Shown here piece after piece: positions 37,845-52,357 of a stretch of 64,000 nt of DNA; position 1 is the stretch's first letter; every line of letters begins with the position of its first letter. This stretch comes from Lama glama. Its lineage: Eukaryota. A model generated the notes under the pieces. The model saw nothing but the letters and a program-made list of their open reading frames with translations, made no database searches and had not been told where the DNA came from. The DNA is taken from positions 14,944,001-15,008,000 of the forward strand of contig CM052818.1 in NCBI GenBank assembly GCA_028534125.1, in the 5' to 3' direction. A program made the translations under genes and the position numbers.

Positions 37845-40109
37845 CTAAAGTTAAACAAACATGTTTGAGGACTTATTTGCCATACATAATTTTTTTTCAG
37901 TATGACTTAAATTACTATTTTTAACCTTTAAAAAATTTGGAAAATAAAAGTTGTCCACTCATTTTTAATGTGTTTTAAGAAAATAAATTTGCCAACACTT
38001 AACAGTACAGAGAAAGCTCTACACAAATGTTAGTTCCATCAACCAGTTATGGGAATGGTGACCATTTTTACATACAGGGATAATTTCCATTTCATATATT
38101 TTATATCATTATTCTTACTAAGTACTTTGATAGTTGTTAGATTTTGTGTCTCTACATTTAGTTTTAGAAAATATAATACTATGGGTAAAGAAAGGATAAC
38201 AAGCAGGCTAAAGAAGAGCTGAGTGGGAGCAAATATGAATATTAATTATAATTATTAAAATGTAGCAGGACCTGCTTGCTGCCCTGGAAGAACCTGCAGT
38301 TTAATAAAGGAAGACGCCAACTAATAAGGGTATAGGGAAGAGCAGATTCACAGATAGAGGTGATTCAAGTAGACTCTGAAGAACTGAAACAGGAAGCCAT
38401 TACAAAGAGAAAACCCTTGATTAATTTATGAAACAAAGAATAATTTGTGAGTTATATGAATTGTCTATGTATGTTTCATGTATGTGTGTGTGCATATGCA
38501 TGTGAACCTGAGGAAGAGGTAAGAGCAAAGCTGTGGAGTATAGTTTGGGCATTCTCTTTAAGGTTTTAGGCAAAGATATGGCATATGATCAGATTTTTAA
38601 GTAATTACTTTAGCAGTGGCAGGGATAAAGGAATAGTAAGAACAAATCTAAAGGTGGAGAGCCACGTTAGGAGCTGCAGTAAAGATTAAGAGATGCCAGA
38701 GATGAAAGAGGCCAGAGATGAAGAGAATCTAAAGTAAGGGTACATACAAGTCGGGGAGACAGAAGAAGTCAGTTATGAAAGAGGTTAATGAGTTAGAATC
38801 TGGTAGTTCGCTGGGTACTGACAGTGAGCAGAGAGGAAATGAATCCAGACCAGGATTGAAGAAGTGAGTGTACTAACTCTAACTGAATAAAATAACTGAA
38901 AAAAAGTCAAACAGTAAAACGGTTTCCAGTAAATGTATAGACTCCTTTTTCACCTGCTGAAATTGCCATTGACCAATTGTGGTTCTTTTCCTCTGTTTCA
39001 CTTATACGAGTCACCTGATGGTTATTCTGGAAACCAATGACCTTATATTCTCTTTCCTCCAGTATTAAGGAAGAACAAAGACTGCCAAGATGGCTTCTTA
39101 TTTTTTGAAATAACCTTGAATTTTACATATAATTGTTTCTACATTCAGAGCCTAGTATGCTCCTGGCACCATTTTAAGTGCTGAGTATTAAAAATGAAGC
39201 AGACATAGTTACTACCCATAAGAACTAAGGTCTAATAGACTAATTACCTGGAATATGTGAGACCTACAGTAAGGTAGTGAAGAAAAACAACAATACCGCA
39301 CAGTGAAACGTTCAGATGAGATAAGAGGAAGGAGGAGGAAGAACAGAAGCATGACCCTTTATTATTGCCTCTTATGGACAGAACATCTACTTTCATTTTT
39401 AAGGAAAATTATTCCAATAAATGCAAGATGATAGTAGTTTTTGTAGCAAGGTTTAGAAATTCATAAAATGGATTCCTCCTAAGTCCAGTAATCTCCAAAT
39501 TAATGTAATATAATAACACAGGCAGAACAGCAAACCAAAATTCTGATAGTAAGATTTGTATTTTTGCTTAAAAAAGAAAACAATTCCTTATGGTAATGCT
39601 TGGTACACACTTAAAAGGCAAACTGTATGCCAAATATCAATTTTTTAAAGAAAAGTTATGTGTAATAAACTAAAATTATAAAAAAATTATTCTGAAATAA
39701 AGGTGATCAGTTTTAAGTAATTACTCATCCTACATTATTATCTAAGATTTTCATGTACAGCATGTACTCTAGAGATCTTAGGTATTTTGAAAGCATTATC
39801 ATCTGTACCTTTTTAAAAATAATTTTTCTCAACTCAAAGATTAAACACAGTAATTAAAGAAAAATAAACTGGCACTTCTACCTTGAAGAATAATTAAAGT
39901 TGGATTTGTGAAGAATTTTGATTGAGATGACTTTTAAGTGCCTGTCAGTACTTATCAAGATGATCAGAAGAGAATATCATCTCCAGTCTTTTAATAGAGC
40001 ACTTCAAATCAAATGAAGATTAATGTTAAGATAATTTTCTTCTCCTATCATAATGGCAGGGTTCACAATGCCACAAAGAGTCTGGCAATACTTTTGCAAA
40101 GGTCTTGTA

Positions 40110-41700
40110 GCTGAATGTTAATAACCGACTGCTAAGTAGCCACAGCATACCAGGAATCATGCAAGGAGCTGGAAACCCCAAAAGAATGAAAGCACTATTT
40201 ATTTTCCCTCCATTTTAATATAAGAACCATAGGAAAAACAGCCAATTTAAGCCATGTAAGTGCTACCGTGAAGGACTGAGTAAAACACAGGATCACAGAA
40301 GAAGAAACATTTACCTCTTCCTGGGGTAAGCCATTAGAAGATGTGGCTCATTTGCAAAGGAAGTGACACTGGAAGCACATCTTCAAGCAGAAGTTCATCA
40401 GGTGGAGGGCAGGGAGGGCAGAAGGCAACAGAAGAGGGAAAATAGTATCTCCAAAGGCAAGGAAGTTGGAAAGAACATGGTACTTTTAGGAAACTCTTAT
40501 GCTGCTCAAAATAGCTGGGATCAAGGGAATGGTGATGAAAGATTAGGTGGACGCCGTATCACAAACGGTCTTATGTTCTCATTTGATAATACCATTGTAT
40601 TAGCAATGGTTTTATCCTGAAGTACAGATCATGTTAACCACCAAAAGATTAAATACATAATCAAAAGTTCATTTGAGAAAGAACATTTTATCAGCTGTAT
40701 GGGAATGACTGGAAAGAGGATGCATGAGAGAGACCAGTTTTCTGGTCTTAGGAAATGATATGGTCTAAACTAATGACAGGGCAGACTTGAAAAGCAGTTA
40801 GAAGATAACACCGATAGCATTAAGTAAATGAGTAGAGTTAGAGATGAATTAAGAGATAAGTAAGAAAAATGACTTAGGTTTCTGACTTAGACAATTGCTT
40901 TAAAAGCAGTAGGTAAGACAAGAAAAGGGTCAGTGTGAAAGAGAAAAAAATGATTAGTTTGAGAATACTGAAAATGTATGTATGTCCAACAGGCAGATGA
41001 AAAGGGAAGATAGCATATCAAAAGGGAGAAGCAGCAGAGAGAAGTGGTTAAGAGGCTCTAGAATCAGACTGTTTTAATTCCAACCTCTAACCAATCATGT
41101 GTCACTTCCTCTCTCTGAACATCAGTTCTCTAACCCGTTAAGGAGGATGATAATAGTATATCTTATAGGTTGTTGTGAGGATTAGATAATACTTGTAAAG
41201 ACTCAATACATATTAATTATTTTGATTATGGTTTGAGTTCAGGAGAAAGATCAGTGCTGAAGATGTATATTTGTAACTTATGGGCCTAGAAATGGAAGGA
41301 GAAAGAAAGGGCATGGACAAGCTCACTTAAGGAGACTATGTACAATAAGAAGAGAGGCAGCTATCGATAGAACCAGGGGAACTTCAACATTTTAAGGGGC
41401 AGAAAGTAGAGAAAGAAGTAGTACATAGGAGAAGAGAACCAGAGAGAAGCAGATACAATGACCTGAAGTAAAAAAAGGAGAAAACGTTCAAGCTTCAAAC
41501 GTTCAGCTAAGATTAAGTTATGCGTATGTCTAGCAAATTTAGAACCAAAAGATTGCTGTTGACTTTAGTAAGAACAGTTTCAGAAGAATGATAGGATGAT
41601 GGTTTGATGATAAATAGCAATGAGTACAAGAATAAATAAAATGTTAGGAGATGAGTTGCTATTTCTTCAAGAGGCTTAGCTGGGAAGTCCAGTTAACTAG
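40110..41700 (-). mobile_element. Degenerate L2 LINE with nested MIR (~41035-41225)
   Basis: tctccaaaggcaaggaagttggaaagaacatgg; gagttcaggagaaagatcagtgctgaagatgtatatttg; gattgctgttgactttagtaagaacagtttcag. Confidence 0.6.
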
Positions 41701-41948
41701 CTGAAAATTAAACTTAACTGCAGTGAATAGGATGGCAAACTTTATTATGAAATCACGAGTGTAAAAGAATGCTAAAACAGTTTCTGAAAAGTACTCGAAT
41801 AAAGAAAAGAATTAAAATCAATTAAAAGAATTGAAATTGTAAATTTTGAGTCACGAAAATAAATTATCATTATACCACAGAAATCAGTAAAATGTTGACA
41901 TGTGCTCTGAAATTTGGAAAAGGAAACACTGTTAGATAATTCTCATAC

Positions 41949-42078
41949 CTCTTTATTTCTCCTGAAAGGCACCCTTAGTATTTCTTCCTGCTGTTCCAGC
42001 TGTCTCAGGGTGAGGGGTTTAAATGGTGATCCCGGTAGTGACTGGCAAAATATGTCATTCACAGGAGATACTCTGAAT
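41949..42078 (-). CDS. ERLEC1: ERLEC1 exon 8 (130 nt)
   Basis: (R)[43 protein letters not shown]; 92-nt intron to exon 7. Confidence 0.96.
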
Positions 42079-42170
42079 CTATTAAATAAGAACAAAGCAT
42101 TAAAGCTAAGCACACAACACTTTAAAGCATGTGTGCATTTCATGTTTAAAATATTAAATCCACATCCTAC

Positions 42171-42394
42171 CTATATTTAGGATGATTGCACAAGAGTGGT
42201 GTCAAAATGACAACTTCATATTCACAAGTTGTAACTTCAGCTACTGAAAGAATTTCATGCTTAGATTCAGGATGACATATGTACATCACAGTACTTGATC
42301 TGGGCCGGTTCTGTTTCAAACTACAAGGTGTACCATTTCCCATTCCCACTGGATAGTAGGGTGTCATCTGACCTTCGATATTTTTAGTGGGAAT
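42171..42394 (-). CDS. ERLEC1: ERLEC1 exon 7 (224 nt)
   Basis: [74 protein letters not shown](R). Confidence 0.97.
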
Positions 42395-43254
42395 CTTAAA
42401 AAAAGAGTATAAAACAGACTTTTCATTAGAAATAGCGGTGGGGTAAGGATGGGAGAAGCACTTATTCTGAAAGGAAAAAAACTATAAACTAACATTTATA
42501 AAGGTAACATTTCTGTAGTTACAATAAGCTCTCCCTCTAATATTCTTTTGATTCATATTCTTATTTGAGCAAATACATATTTTCAGAGCTAATTTAATAC
42601 AGCATAAAAGGAAATTCGGTGCTAAAATTAAGATGTACATTAATATAAAAGACTATAGTAACATGATTACTATGAATTATTTTCAATGGTTCTAAAAAAG
42701 GAGACTAAGATAAAATATAGAAAATTACTATACTCAGCTGGTCAGAGCTTTCTTCACTAAATTCAGTAAACGGCTGTGTTAGAATCTGGATTCTAGAGGT
42801 CTGAAGTTTGATTTGTCAAAAAGTAGGGCTACACAGTAAATAATGTCTTCTAAAACAGGAATTTAAATACTGTACTCGTTCACCAATCTGCTCATTCTTC
42901 TTCCCTGTTATTAACAGACATATTTTTCAGCATATAAACTACAGTATAAATCTATTCAAGGCTAGAAGACAAATGAAGACATTTTCACAGAATAGGGGAA
43001 TAAAGGAGATGACCTCAGAAGACAAAGATTTTTAAGGAATTAGCTCCCATACTTTTAGCTACCTATACACAAGAAAAATTGAAAGGAAGGGCTTTAACAA
43101 AATATTGTTAATAAGATCTCCAAGCAAGCTCTTTGGAGGCAGGCAGCTCATCTTGTATCATTTTGGTACCTTGTCAGCTCCATATGCAAAACAGACAATA
43201 AATAAATGTTTCCAGGGAAGATATTTTGAGATTTCTTGTATGCTATTTTCATGC

Positions 43255-43465
43255 TAGTGTCTGGAATTAGAAAATCTTGGGCTAAATCCAAGCTTTGAAT
43301 TTACTAGCTTTATGACTTTGACCAAATTTCACTTTTTGTCATTTGTAAAATTAGAGTAATAATACAGACTGAAAGGCTGTGGGGAGAATTGAGCATTATC
43401 TTTTGTTACATGCCTGGCACAACATCTGGCTTATAAACTGGGGCTCAATAAATGTTAGTTTTCTT
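43255..43465 (+). mobile_element. MIR SINE
   Basis: ttactagctttatgactttgaccaaatt...catttgtaaaattagagtaataata...tgcctggcac...gctcaataaatgttagt. Confidence 0.65.
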
Positions 43466-44410
43466 CCCTTACCCTTTTCTTCCTCTTCCTTTATCATTTC
43501 ACACTTTGAATTCCATCTTGCTATCCTCCAGAGCCAAAAATATTTTGAGATAAATATTTTATCTCAAAGGTAGTCTGTAAAATTAAAATCTTTTAAAATA
43601 GCAATGCTATGTGTATCTTTGCTTAGCTTATCAATCCCCTAAAGCCACCCTTTTAAATGATAGGCATCCCTTTTAGATAATTTTTAAGGCCTTTTGCCAT
43701 TTCACTTTACTTCTAATAAAAGTATCATTATGATATGAAACCACTTTTATTATTAATATCCTCTATCAATAAGTTATTTCACTCTATGGAAATTCTTAGG
43801 ATTCAGAAAGCATTCCTCAAACTATATGGGCATTTAAAAATTGTCATTAGTCACCCCAAGGAATCATTTTTTTTAAACAGTCCTATCTTCCAGTCATCAA
43901 TTATATATTCACATTCAGTAACATTTACAAAGGGCCTACATTATGTCTGGCACTCTGCTTTGCACTGCGGGGTAAAGAGATAAAAGACAGTCCCTGCTTT
44001 TAAGATGCTTGCAATCTGATAGCTTGTTATTTACATATATAGTTAATCTGTTTCACCCAAAAGAGACAGGGTCCCAATAACAGAAAAATTTGCAAAAGTT
44101 CATATTATAACTGTTTCCAATGTTAAATAGAGGGAAGGAAGTACTGCTAAGCATAGGAGTGATATAGTGCTATTATAGAAACTTTCCCAGACATATCTTT
44201 GGAAATTCATTTATTTTTGTATGATCTTAAAAATAAATAAAAGTATTTTGGCATAAATTTTCTCAGAAAAACCTAACACATTGTAAACTTTCTTTGATCA
44301 AATCTTTTGAGGTACTTGATAGTTAAAGAACAAATGTCAATTAAGTTGTATAAATTCTTGTCTCACTAACAATAGATGTTAAGAGTAAAAAATCAACTTT
44401 TATCACTTGC

Positions 44411-44445
44411 CTCTTTTGATTTTTCCTTTTCTTCTGCTTCTTGTT
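44411..44445 (-). CDS. ERLEC1: ERLEC1 exon 6 (35-nt micro-exon, GC donor)
   Basis: cacAG|(E)QEAEEKEKSKE|GCAAGT; required to keep frame between exons 5 and 7. Confidence 0.9.
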
Positions 44446-45099
44446 CTGTGAATTAATATAAGACTAAGGTAAGTGTAAATAATGACCAGTGACATATATG
44501 TAATATATAAATGACTAAGTTTTCAATCAACTTTGTAATCTTAAACTTCTTTCTAAAGACCCAAAACAAACATAATTTTTAACTTACTACTTTTAGCTAG
44601 TTTCTCTGAAATGTGTTTGTTTGGAAGGACAGTCATATTTTAATGTTTATATCTTCAGCTGGGGAATACTCTATTTGAGCCAAAAAAACTCGCCACAACA
44701 GAGTGTTTTTTTCTTAGTGAAAGGTTTAATCTTAAATGAGCTGACCAATTTGAATAAAAGATTAATAAAAATATTTAATAATTTAAAGGATACATCTATA
44801 TGTCTATTTCCATATATAAAAAATTTGTTTAAATCACGGAAGACTAATACTATATAAATAACACTGATATGTATGTCTTACAGGATTTGAAAAATTTATT
44901 AATAGGTAGAAAAAAGCATGTTTGTTAAAGCAGAAAATAATGAAAAGATCTTTTTGAAAAAGTTTTCTAAGGAATTGTTCAGAATTTTTAGTGCTTTAAA
45001 ATTCATACAGTTTCTAACAAGATCACTTAAATTCCAATATGAACATATACTTTAAACCAAATTCCAGCATTGCTATCAAATCATGTTGTAGAGACAAAC

Positions 45100-45163
45100 C
45101 TTTTTCAGATAGAAGATTCTTCGCCAACATATTCCCAAGGTAGTACTCATGAATATTTACTTT
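45100..45163 (-). CDS. ERLEC1: ERLEC1 exon 5 (64 nt)
   Basis: KVNIHEYYLGNMLAKNLLSEK+G; AG/GT boundaries. Confidence 0.94.
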
Positions 45164-45299
45164 CTACATTTAAAAATAAAATAAAAATATAGTAAGTATT
45201 TTGCAAATAAATTTTTAAGAATACAACTTAAAACAATCATTTTCATTAAAGTTCTCATTTTATAATGTTCTATATTTAATATTTTAAAGAAAAACATAC

Positions 45300-45377
45300 C
45301 TGACCACTTTCTTTCTCTTCATGGTACTGCCGAATGTGTTTTCCATGACATACTTCATAAGTCCAGTAAGACTCAAT
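45300..45377 (-). CDS. ERLEC1: ERLEC1 exon 4 (78 nt)
   Basis: [26 protein letters not shown] (MRH domain 1 motif). Confidence 0.96.
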
Positions 45378-45955
45378 CTAGGAAAGATGGGTGTATTTAA
45401 ATACACAAAAGCCATATAACTCAACTGAATTATTTTTTTGATATTTTAAGCAGCTGAATAGATTTCTCCGAAGATTTAGAGTAAGTTTTCATTAAATGAA
45501 ACTTATTATTACACTTCAGAAAATATGAAATTTCTGAAGCTTATTGTTTTCACTAATTAACTAAATGTGAAAATTCTGTGAAGGAAATAGGTCTAGAATA
45601 TAGCGGGGGCTGAAAAAACCACCTGGCCAAGGGATCATTTTCTACATAGTCTAAAAAGTAACAATTAGCATTTTTAATTATAATTTTATATAAGGAAATT
45701 TCTTTTTATCTGAAAAACATTCAAAGCAGTTTGGTAAGTGATATTATTTGATAATTGATATTACTGGGTGTTTGCTGCAAATACTTTATAGGAATTTAAA
45801 TGAACAAAATACTATTAAGCAACAGCTTAGAGTTACAACTGACTTAAAATTTGATACAACATAATAGAGTAAAAAACACAAAATTATGTTCAAGGGTCTA
45901 TTAGCTGCTGGGATGTTATTAAGTTCAGTTAATCAAGTGAACATAAAATACATAC

Positions 45956-46036
45956 TCTGTAGGAACAACTGCTTTGTTTAAATAATGGCTCCAACAGCTC
46001 TCTTGGATTAGGGCCTTTATAATCCTTTTCTTCTTC
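45956..46036 (-). CDS. ERLEC1: ERLEC1 exon 3 (81 nt)
   Basis: [31 protein letters not shown] boundaries. Confidence 0.95.
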
Positions 46037-47171
46037 CTGTGAAAGAACTAGAGTTTAATACTTCTAATTATTCTAGAACTTCAACCAACTCTATTGTTTG
46101 GATATTAACTCACTGGTCAAATCACAAATGCTTGGAAATAAAAGGGGAAAAAAAGTAAAAAAAACCTTTAAAAAGATCTTACGGTATGCCACTTCTTTCA
46201 AAAGACCTCAAGTATAAAATATGGAGCCATAGAATAATCTTCCATTTTTCCTTCTCTTAAAAAAAGGTTTTTGTGTATCAGTATCCTGAGCAATTCTTAT
46301 AAACCTACTTCAGAATTTTTAAATGCTTGCTTCTAAACAAATTCTAGCTATGAAAGCCTCAGAATAGCTGACTCCTGTAGAATACACTGGAAAATTTTAC
46401 GGTACTTCTCCCTTTTTAAATATTTTTATATTTCAGACTTGAATGTCATATATATACCTGTAATTGCATGTGTGTGTATTTGTGTCTTAAGGAGGTTTAA
46501 AACAAAATGAAACAGACAGCTGTCTTTCACAGATTTCAAATCTGAACAAAACCTAAGAAAGCACTAACTGGGTACTTCCACTTTACAGATTGTGAAAATA
46601 TTATAAAACTAGGTTAATAAATTTACTGGGTGGAGGAATTAGGTTTCAAATTTGTTCAAGGTTCCACAGCTAACTATAGCCTATACCTCAGCCTCCTGGC
46701 TCCTAGACTGGTTTCCTTTCCATTTTACCATGCTGCCTCTCCTGTCTCATCTTGAAAGAAGTCATTGACTTGAAGGATGAATAAGAGGCAGTTAGGGCAT
46801 TGTACAAGGAAGAAATGGGCATGAGCTCAGATAGAAAACACAAGGTACCTACAGATTTATTTATTAGCAATTCTTTACATAAAAATGTCACATATACATT
46901 TAAAATTTTTATCTTGTTTCAAAACCCTCATTTCTATAAAAGAAAGCAAGTGGGGAGTTCATCTAAAGCACTAATAATTGGTTGCTAATTTTTCCAAGTT
47001 GAACTGTAAAATCAATGAATTCAGGAATAATAAAAGTGATTACTATTTTTATGGTAAAACAGGATTAATGAGAAACCTGTCACTCAATTTTATTTTAAGG
47101 TTAGGTTGTTGCAGTGTTTTAAATAAGTATCTCTGGTGACAGGGATTATCAATATATTCATAAAAACTTAC

Positions 47172-47276
47172 CTCATCCCCACTTGTCACAAGGGGAAGAA
47201 TGCACTTATATTTTTCTTTATGTGTAGTTGTCATGATGACATAATTATCTTCTTTATACAAAACTCCAGTTGTAGG
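47172..47276 (-). CDS. ERLEC1: ERLEC1 exon 2 (105 nt)
   Basis: [39 protein letters not shown] boundaries. Confidence 0.96.
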
Positions 47277-47790
47277 CTAGAAATAAAACAAAAATGTACA
47301 TTACTTTCTCTGATTAAATTGAACTACACTGACTGACAGTCCTAGGTCAAACTAATTCATCATTTCAAGAGGATTTTTAAGTATACTTCCAAAAGGAGGA
47401 AGAAATTCTACATATTTTTAAATGACAAAGTGAAGATAATAAACTTTATCCTGGTGTTATAATATAACTGGAAAAAATGAACAAAAATAAAGGAGTATAA
47501 AGAAAAAAGCAGTAATGTAACAGACTGAAGTTAAAATATGGATTAAAAATCATTAAGAGATAATGAATGTTCATGGATACAATATGACTGAATATTTATT
47601 ACTCTTATTAACAATTCTCACCTATATGTGAGAATCTATAGCACTTTATAAACACACTCTCAACTGTGTTGGAGGGGCCACTTGAACATAATATAGTGCA
47701 GTATTTTTCATATTTGGATAACATATGGATAAATCACTTATAAAAGAAAAATCACTATGGGTCTTCTGTACTTAGTTTTTTTAGTCTGTA

Positions 47791-48019
47791 TAGAGTCAGC
47801 AAATTTCTTCTGTAAAGGGCCAAATAATAAATATTTTAGGCTTTGTGGGCCACATGGTCTTTACTGCAACTACTCAACTATGCCACTGTAGGAAGAAAGT
47901 GCACAGGCAGTATGGACAAATTTTTCAGAATAAGCATGGCTGTATTCTGAAAACAACCTTTATTTACAAAAATAAAGTTTGGGGTGGGTCAGCCCAAAGG
48001 TGTAGTTTGCCAACTCCTG
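47791..48019 (+). mobile_element. MER58A-like hAT-Charlie MITE
   Basis: gtcagcaaatttcttctgtaaagggccaaataataaatattttaggctttgtgggccacatggtc...gtagtttgccaactcctg; terminal inverted repeats. Confidence 0.85.
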
Positions 48020-48459
48020 GTCTATAGCAACAAAACTATTCTTAAAGCTTTCTACACTACAAAACCTAACAAATTCACAAACTGAATATGAACCAATGTA
48101 ATTCAAATAAATATTCAATTAATATAACTGATATTATTTAACTAAGAAGAAATCTCTGCTTTATAATAGCAAATGTATTACTAATCAGAGGTTTTTCACA
48201 GTCTATGAAAGGTGTTCTGTGATAATTCAATTCTCTCTTTTCTCCACAGTATTGTGAAACCACTGTAACTATTTGGCTGTCTCTGGCAAGGAAAGAACCA
48301 CTCTTATTACATACCTTGCTCTTTTCTCAACTTAACAACTTTGATCTATAATAAAACTAGTACTACTTGAAACCAATATCATCTTAAACACAAATACAAA
48401 TTAGGGCAATGATCTCTCAAGACAATAAAACAAAACAAAAAACAGCAACAAAAACTAGC

Positions 48460-48660
48460 TGTATTAGCTATGCGACTACCGTACTATGTTCTACACATGT
48501 ATTACCTCATTGATGCGCAAGACAAGCATTGTACCCATTTTACAAGAGAAGGAAACTGAAGCCCAGATCTTAAATAAGTCCAAAGTAACACAGCTAGTAA
48601 GTAGCCCAGCCCAGAGATGAACCCTAGCAGACTGGTTCCATATTCTGTGTGCTCTTCACT
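48460..48660 (-). mobile_element. MIR SINE
   Basis: cccattttacaagagaaggaaactgaagcccaga...ccaaagtaacacagctagtaagt. Confidence 0.7.
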
Positions 48661-51600
48661 GTTTTAACATATTTGAATGAGCTCTGTCAACATTTTTTAA
48701 GATTACTATATAGACTTCTGGACTGTGGCCAAGGATCCTTGCTTGAAAGATCATTTTAAGTGAAGAGAGGAATCAAAGAGATTTGAAAGTGAGAGTTGCA
48801 AAGCCAAATTTATGATAAAGGGATACTTAGAAACATTCAGTTGAGCCAACAAACTGCTGTAAGACATAACATTTATAATGTCTTTCAGTGTTTTTCAGAT
48901 ATATTCAGAATATATGACAGTGAGTTGTGCAAAGCATGACTCACATGCATTTAGCAATGGATGGCCTGAAGTCTTGTCAAATCATTCCTGACCTGTAGTA
49001 AAGGTGGACAGTAGCACATTATTTAAATGTATTTGTCTCTATTTGTGAAGTACCTGCAATCTAATTTTTCAGAGTTGGATTTTACAGCAATATTGACTTA
49101 TTGACTAAAATGTTCACCACAATTCCAACAATGGAGATAGAAACTGCTTGTTTGGAACCACAGCAAAGAAAGAATTCTTTCTTTGTAGTTAAAACTAATC
49201 TTGTGTTGTAGCTCTATGTGATGAAATTTATTTCTCTTCCTATTGTTTTTAAGGTTTAGGTAAAATAAAAGGTAACAGAACTAGAAGCTATCACTTAATG
49301 TTTGAAGACTTGTTGAAAAGGTTTGTTTTTCATTAGTTTAGGAAGGGCTACCTTCCTCTTCAGTAACACAAAACAAGTGGTAATTCTTCAGTCTGAAAAT
49401 TTTTGCTGTAATACTGAATCACTTACTGGGATCACAAAGTAAATATTTAAACAAACTTTACCCTACTTTTTAATAATAGAAATTACTGGGAAAAAGTTAA
49501 CCTTTTGTGGTTTGCTAAGAAATTTTTTTGATCTACTACTAAAATGCTTCCTTCTTATTTTGTAAAACAAGTTCTTTAAAAAAAAACCCCAAATATTATA
49601 AATTCTGAATGTACAGAATCACAGATAGTGTTAAAAAATTTGTTTTATATAACTTAATGTCTTAAAGTATTTCTAGTGTAAGAGGTAATATTAGTGATTT
49701 GATAAAAATTAGATTTTAATACGTTGAAACCAGTCAAAGGGGGTGGTCTTTAGGGTGAAGGAATTTAAACTCAACGCACAGCTTGTCAACCTATATAACA
49801 TGCTTCAAACCATGAAGGTGGTCACCATTCTTTCCAAGTGTAGTGTTTGGGGAAAATTCTTGAGTGGGAATACATTTCAGTACTAACAACAGAAGTAGAA
49901 AGAAAATTAGATTTATTTTGTGGTTTTCCTTTGGTGAAAGTCATGAACTCTGTAAAGTAATGAATAATTGAACACTTTAATGACACAGAGATGCTATTTC
50001 AGAAGGAAAATATATACACAAAAACAAAATTGACTGCTAAAAACCAGTAACAAAGAATATAACAATCATTAATTATCATAAACATTTAGAAATGTACACA
50101 CTTTTGGTGCGTACCTGAATCCTTATTCTAAGGATTTGAAAGCAAGATTGTAAAGATTATGTATTATTTTAATATATCTGAAAGGGGAAGATGATTTAGA
50201 GCACAGAAGAATTTTAAAGCTAAAAAAATTTCAGATCTTCTAACTCAGTCTCTTTCAAATTCAGGTGGTAGAGAGATAAAGATCTTTATTCCAGTTCACA
50301 CAGCTGCTTAGTTACATACAAATGTCCAACCAACTGGCCTATAAAACAAAATGACAGTGCCAGGTGTGGAGGGCTGTAGTCTCAATTACACAAAGTAGGA
50401 AAAGGAAGCCTTATGATTATAACACTATTTTTTAAAAAAAGACTAATGATAATGTCTCTTGGGGCTTATTTTGGCGTGAGAGGCACAGACCTTTTACCAG
50501 CTCATAGAAAAATGTCTCTAGATTTTTCTCAAAAAAACTCGAACTTTAAAAAAAGAAAAAAATTTTCTCCCCAAATTTTCAAATGTGCCCATCTTAGATT
50601 ATGCTATGCCAAAGAAAAGTAATTAAAAACAAAGTTTCAGAATAAAATTGTTCTAGGTATGAAAGGTTGTTACAGCATACATTAAGACTGATATCTTTTT
50701 CCATAACCTTTTTTTCAGCCAGCGAACACCAGTGCCAGAAAGAAAACTGAATAATTTGGTAGTAACTTTTAAAAATGCTAGTTTTAGTTATGCCCATATA
50801 GGTCAGTTAAGTGTTCAGGGCCACATATTGGCATGCCTTTTTTAATTTAAAAAAACACAGGTGCAAAAGTAAAAAATTTTAATGACCGCATTCTTTAAAC
50901 GTTTGCCAAGTTCATGCTAAGTGTGCTCTTTGGAAATAATACCAAAGGCTGTACTAAAGTATTCTCATCCCAAGCCTCCTAAAGTTATATCTGACATGTA
51001 ACAAACTTTTATATAAGTATTTTAATATATCAATATTTCCTGGCATTACTGCAAAGGTAAATCTGGTTTCCCAGAGAAATATTCGCTTAGATAAATTTGA
51101 GAACCACTGAACTACCAGAATGGGAGAACTGAAAACTGAGAGGTGGAGAAACTAACCAGGTATAAAATATTACCAAAAACTAACATTTGGAAATAGGAAT
51201 CTGTTGTGGTAATGATGACATCTGTTTATCCTGCTTAAGTTCTGTTTTGATATCATAGTATCACTTACTCACGTTTCAGTGAAATAGTAATAGAACAATA
51301 TAGTAAAATAGTCTTCCAAGTAGAATGACTGCAGGTAATTGGAGTAAGAATTTTTTTTTAAAAGTTTGCACTTTCCAGGACTTCAATTTGAAATAAATGA
51401 ATTAATTACCATATGGTAAACGTCACAAGACTGCAATTTTTATTGGTCTACAGTGGATAAGAAGACTTTTCAGCAGTCCACTTCCCAAAGGCAGAAGGCC
51501 TGCGAATTTTCATTACTGAGGTTATAAAGATGTTCCTCAACGTAGGAAAACCGATCACAAAATCTCATGTTCTGGGGTCTTAAATAACAGTCGTAATACA

Positions 51601-52195
51601 TTAAAACTATAAAGAATATTCAGCAGGGAGCATCGTTAACATCGCACAGGCCAAAGAGCCCTCTCAGAAACAAATCTGAAGGGAAAAGTGCTGTGCATAT
51701 ATGTATTTGTACTGTGTGTGTACTCAAGAAAGAAAGGACGAATACGAGAGAGAAAACTGAGACCAGCAGTACAACTGGTTGTGTGGGTAGGGTGGTGTGT
51801 AATACTCCTCGAAGGAAAGAAGGCTGCTAGTGGAGGAAGAGCTGCAGATGACTTACCAAAGAGAAGATAAATGTGTGCGCCTGATGTGGTTCTAGGAAAG
51901 CTTCTTCCACGGGGTGGGAGTGTTGGTAAGGTCTAGTGAGATAGATTTTTAAAGGGGAGGGCAGGTGACCGCTGTATCCCGAAGGCGTAGCAGGGAGGGC
52001 ACATTCACATAAACATGTTTGATAAACATTTGCTGTTACGAATGAATGAACATGGATTAGTGAAGCTTTGGACAGAGGAAGAAGGCTTGCGCCTGCAGGT
52101 TCTAGGAGAAAAAAACGTAGAATACGGAGGGAAGGGGCCGAACCCTCAGTGCCGGGAGGAAGTGAGATGGCTACGGGGTTAGCGAGGGCACTGAC

Positions 52196-52357
52196 CAGAG
52201 AGAACTCGGTGCCGGGCCAGTTGACTCGGAAAGGGATGTCATCGCTGAGCTGGGGGAGCGCTCGGCCGCCGCCGGAAGCCTCTAGGAGGCCGCAGAGGAC
52301 CAGTAACACTGGCCCGCCTGGGACCAGACTCCGTGCGCCGCCGCCTCCTCCCTCCAT
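52196..52357 (-). CDS. ERLEC1: Endoplasmic reticulum lectin 1 (XTP3-B/erlectin) exon 1 coding part, with signal peptide
   Basis: [54 protein letters not shown], donor CTG|GTCAGT; 14 exons total 1452 nt = 483 aa + stop. Confidence 0.97.
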
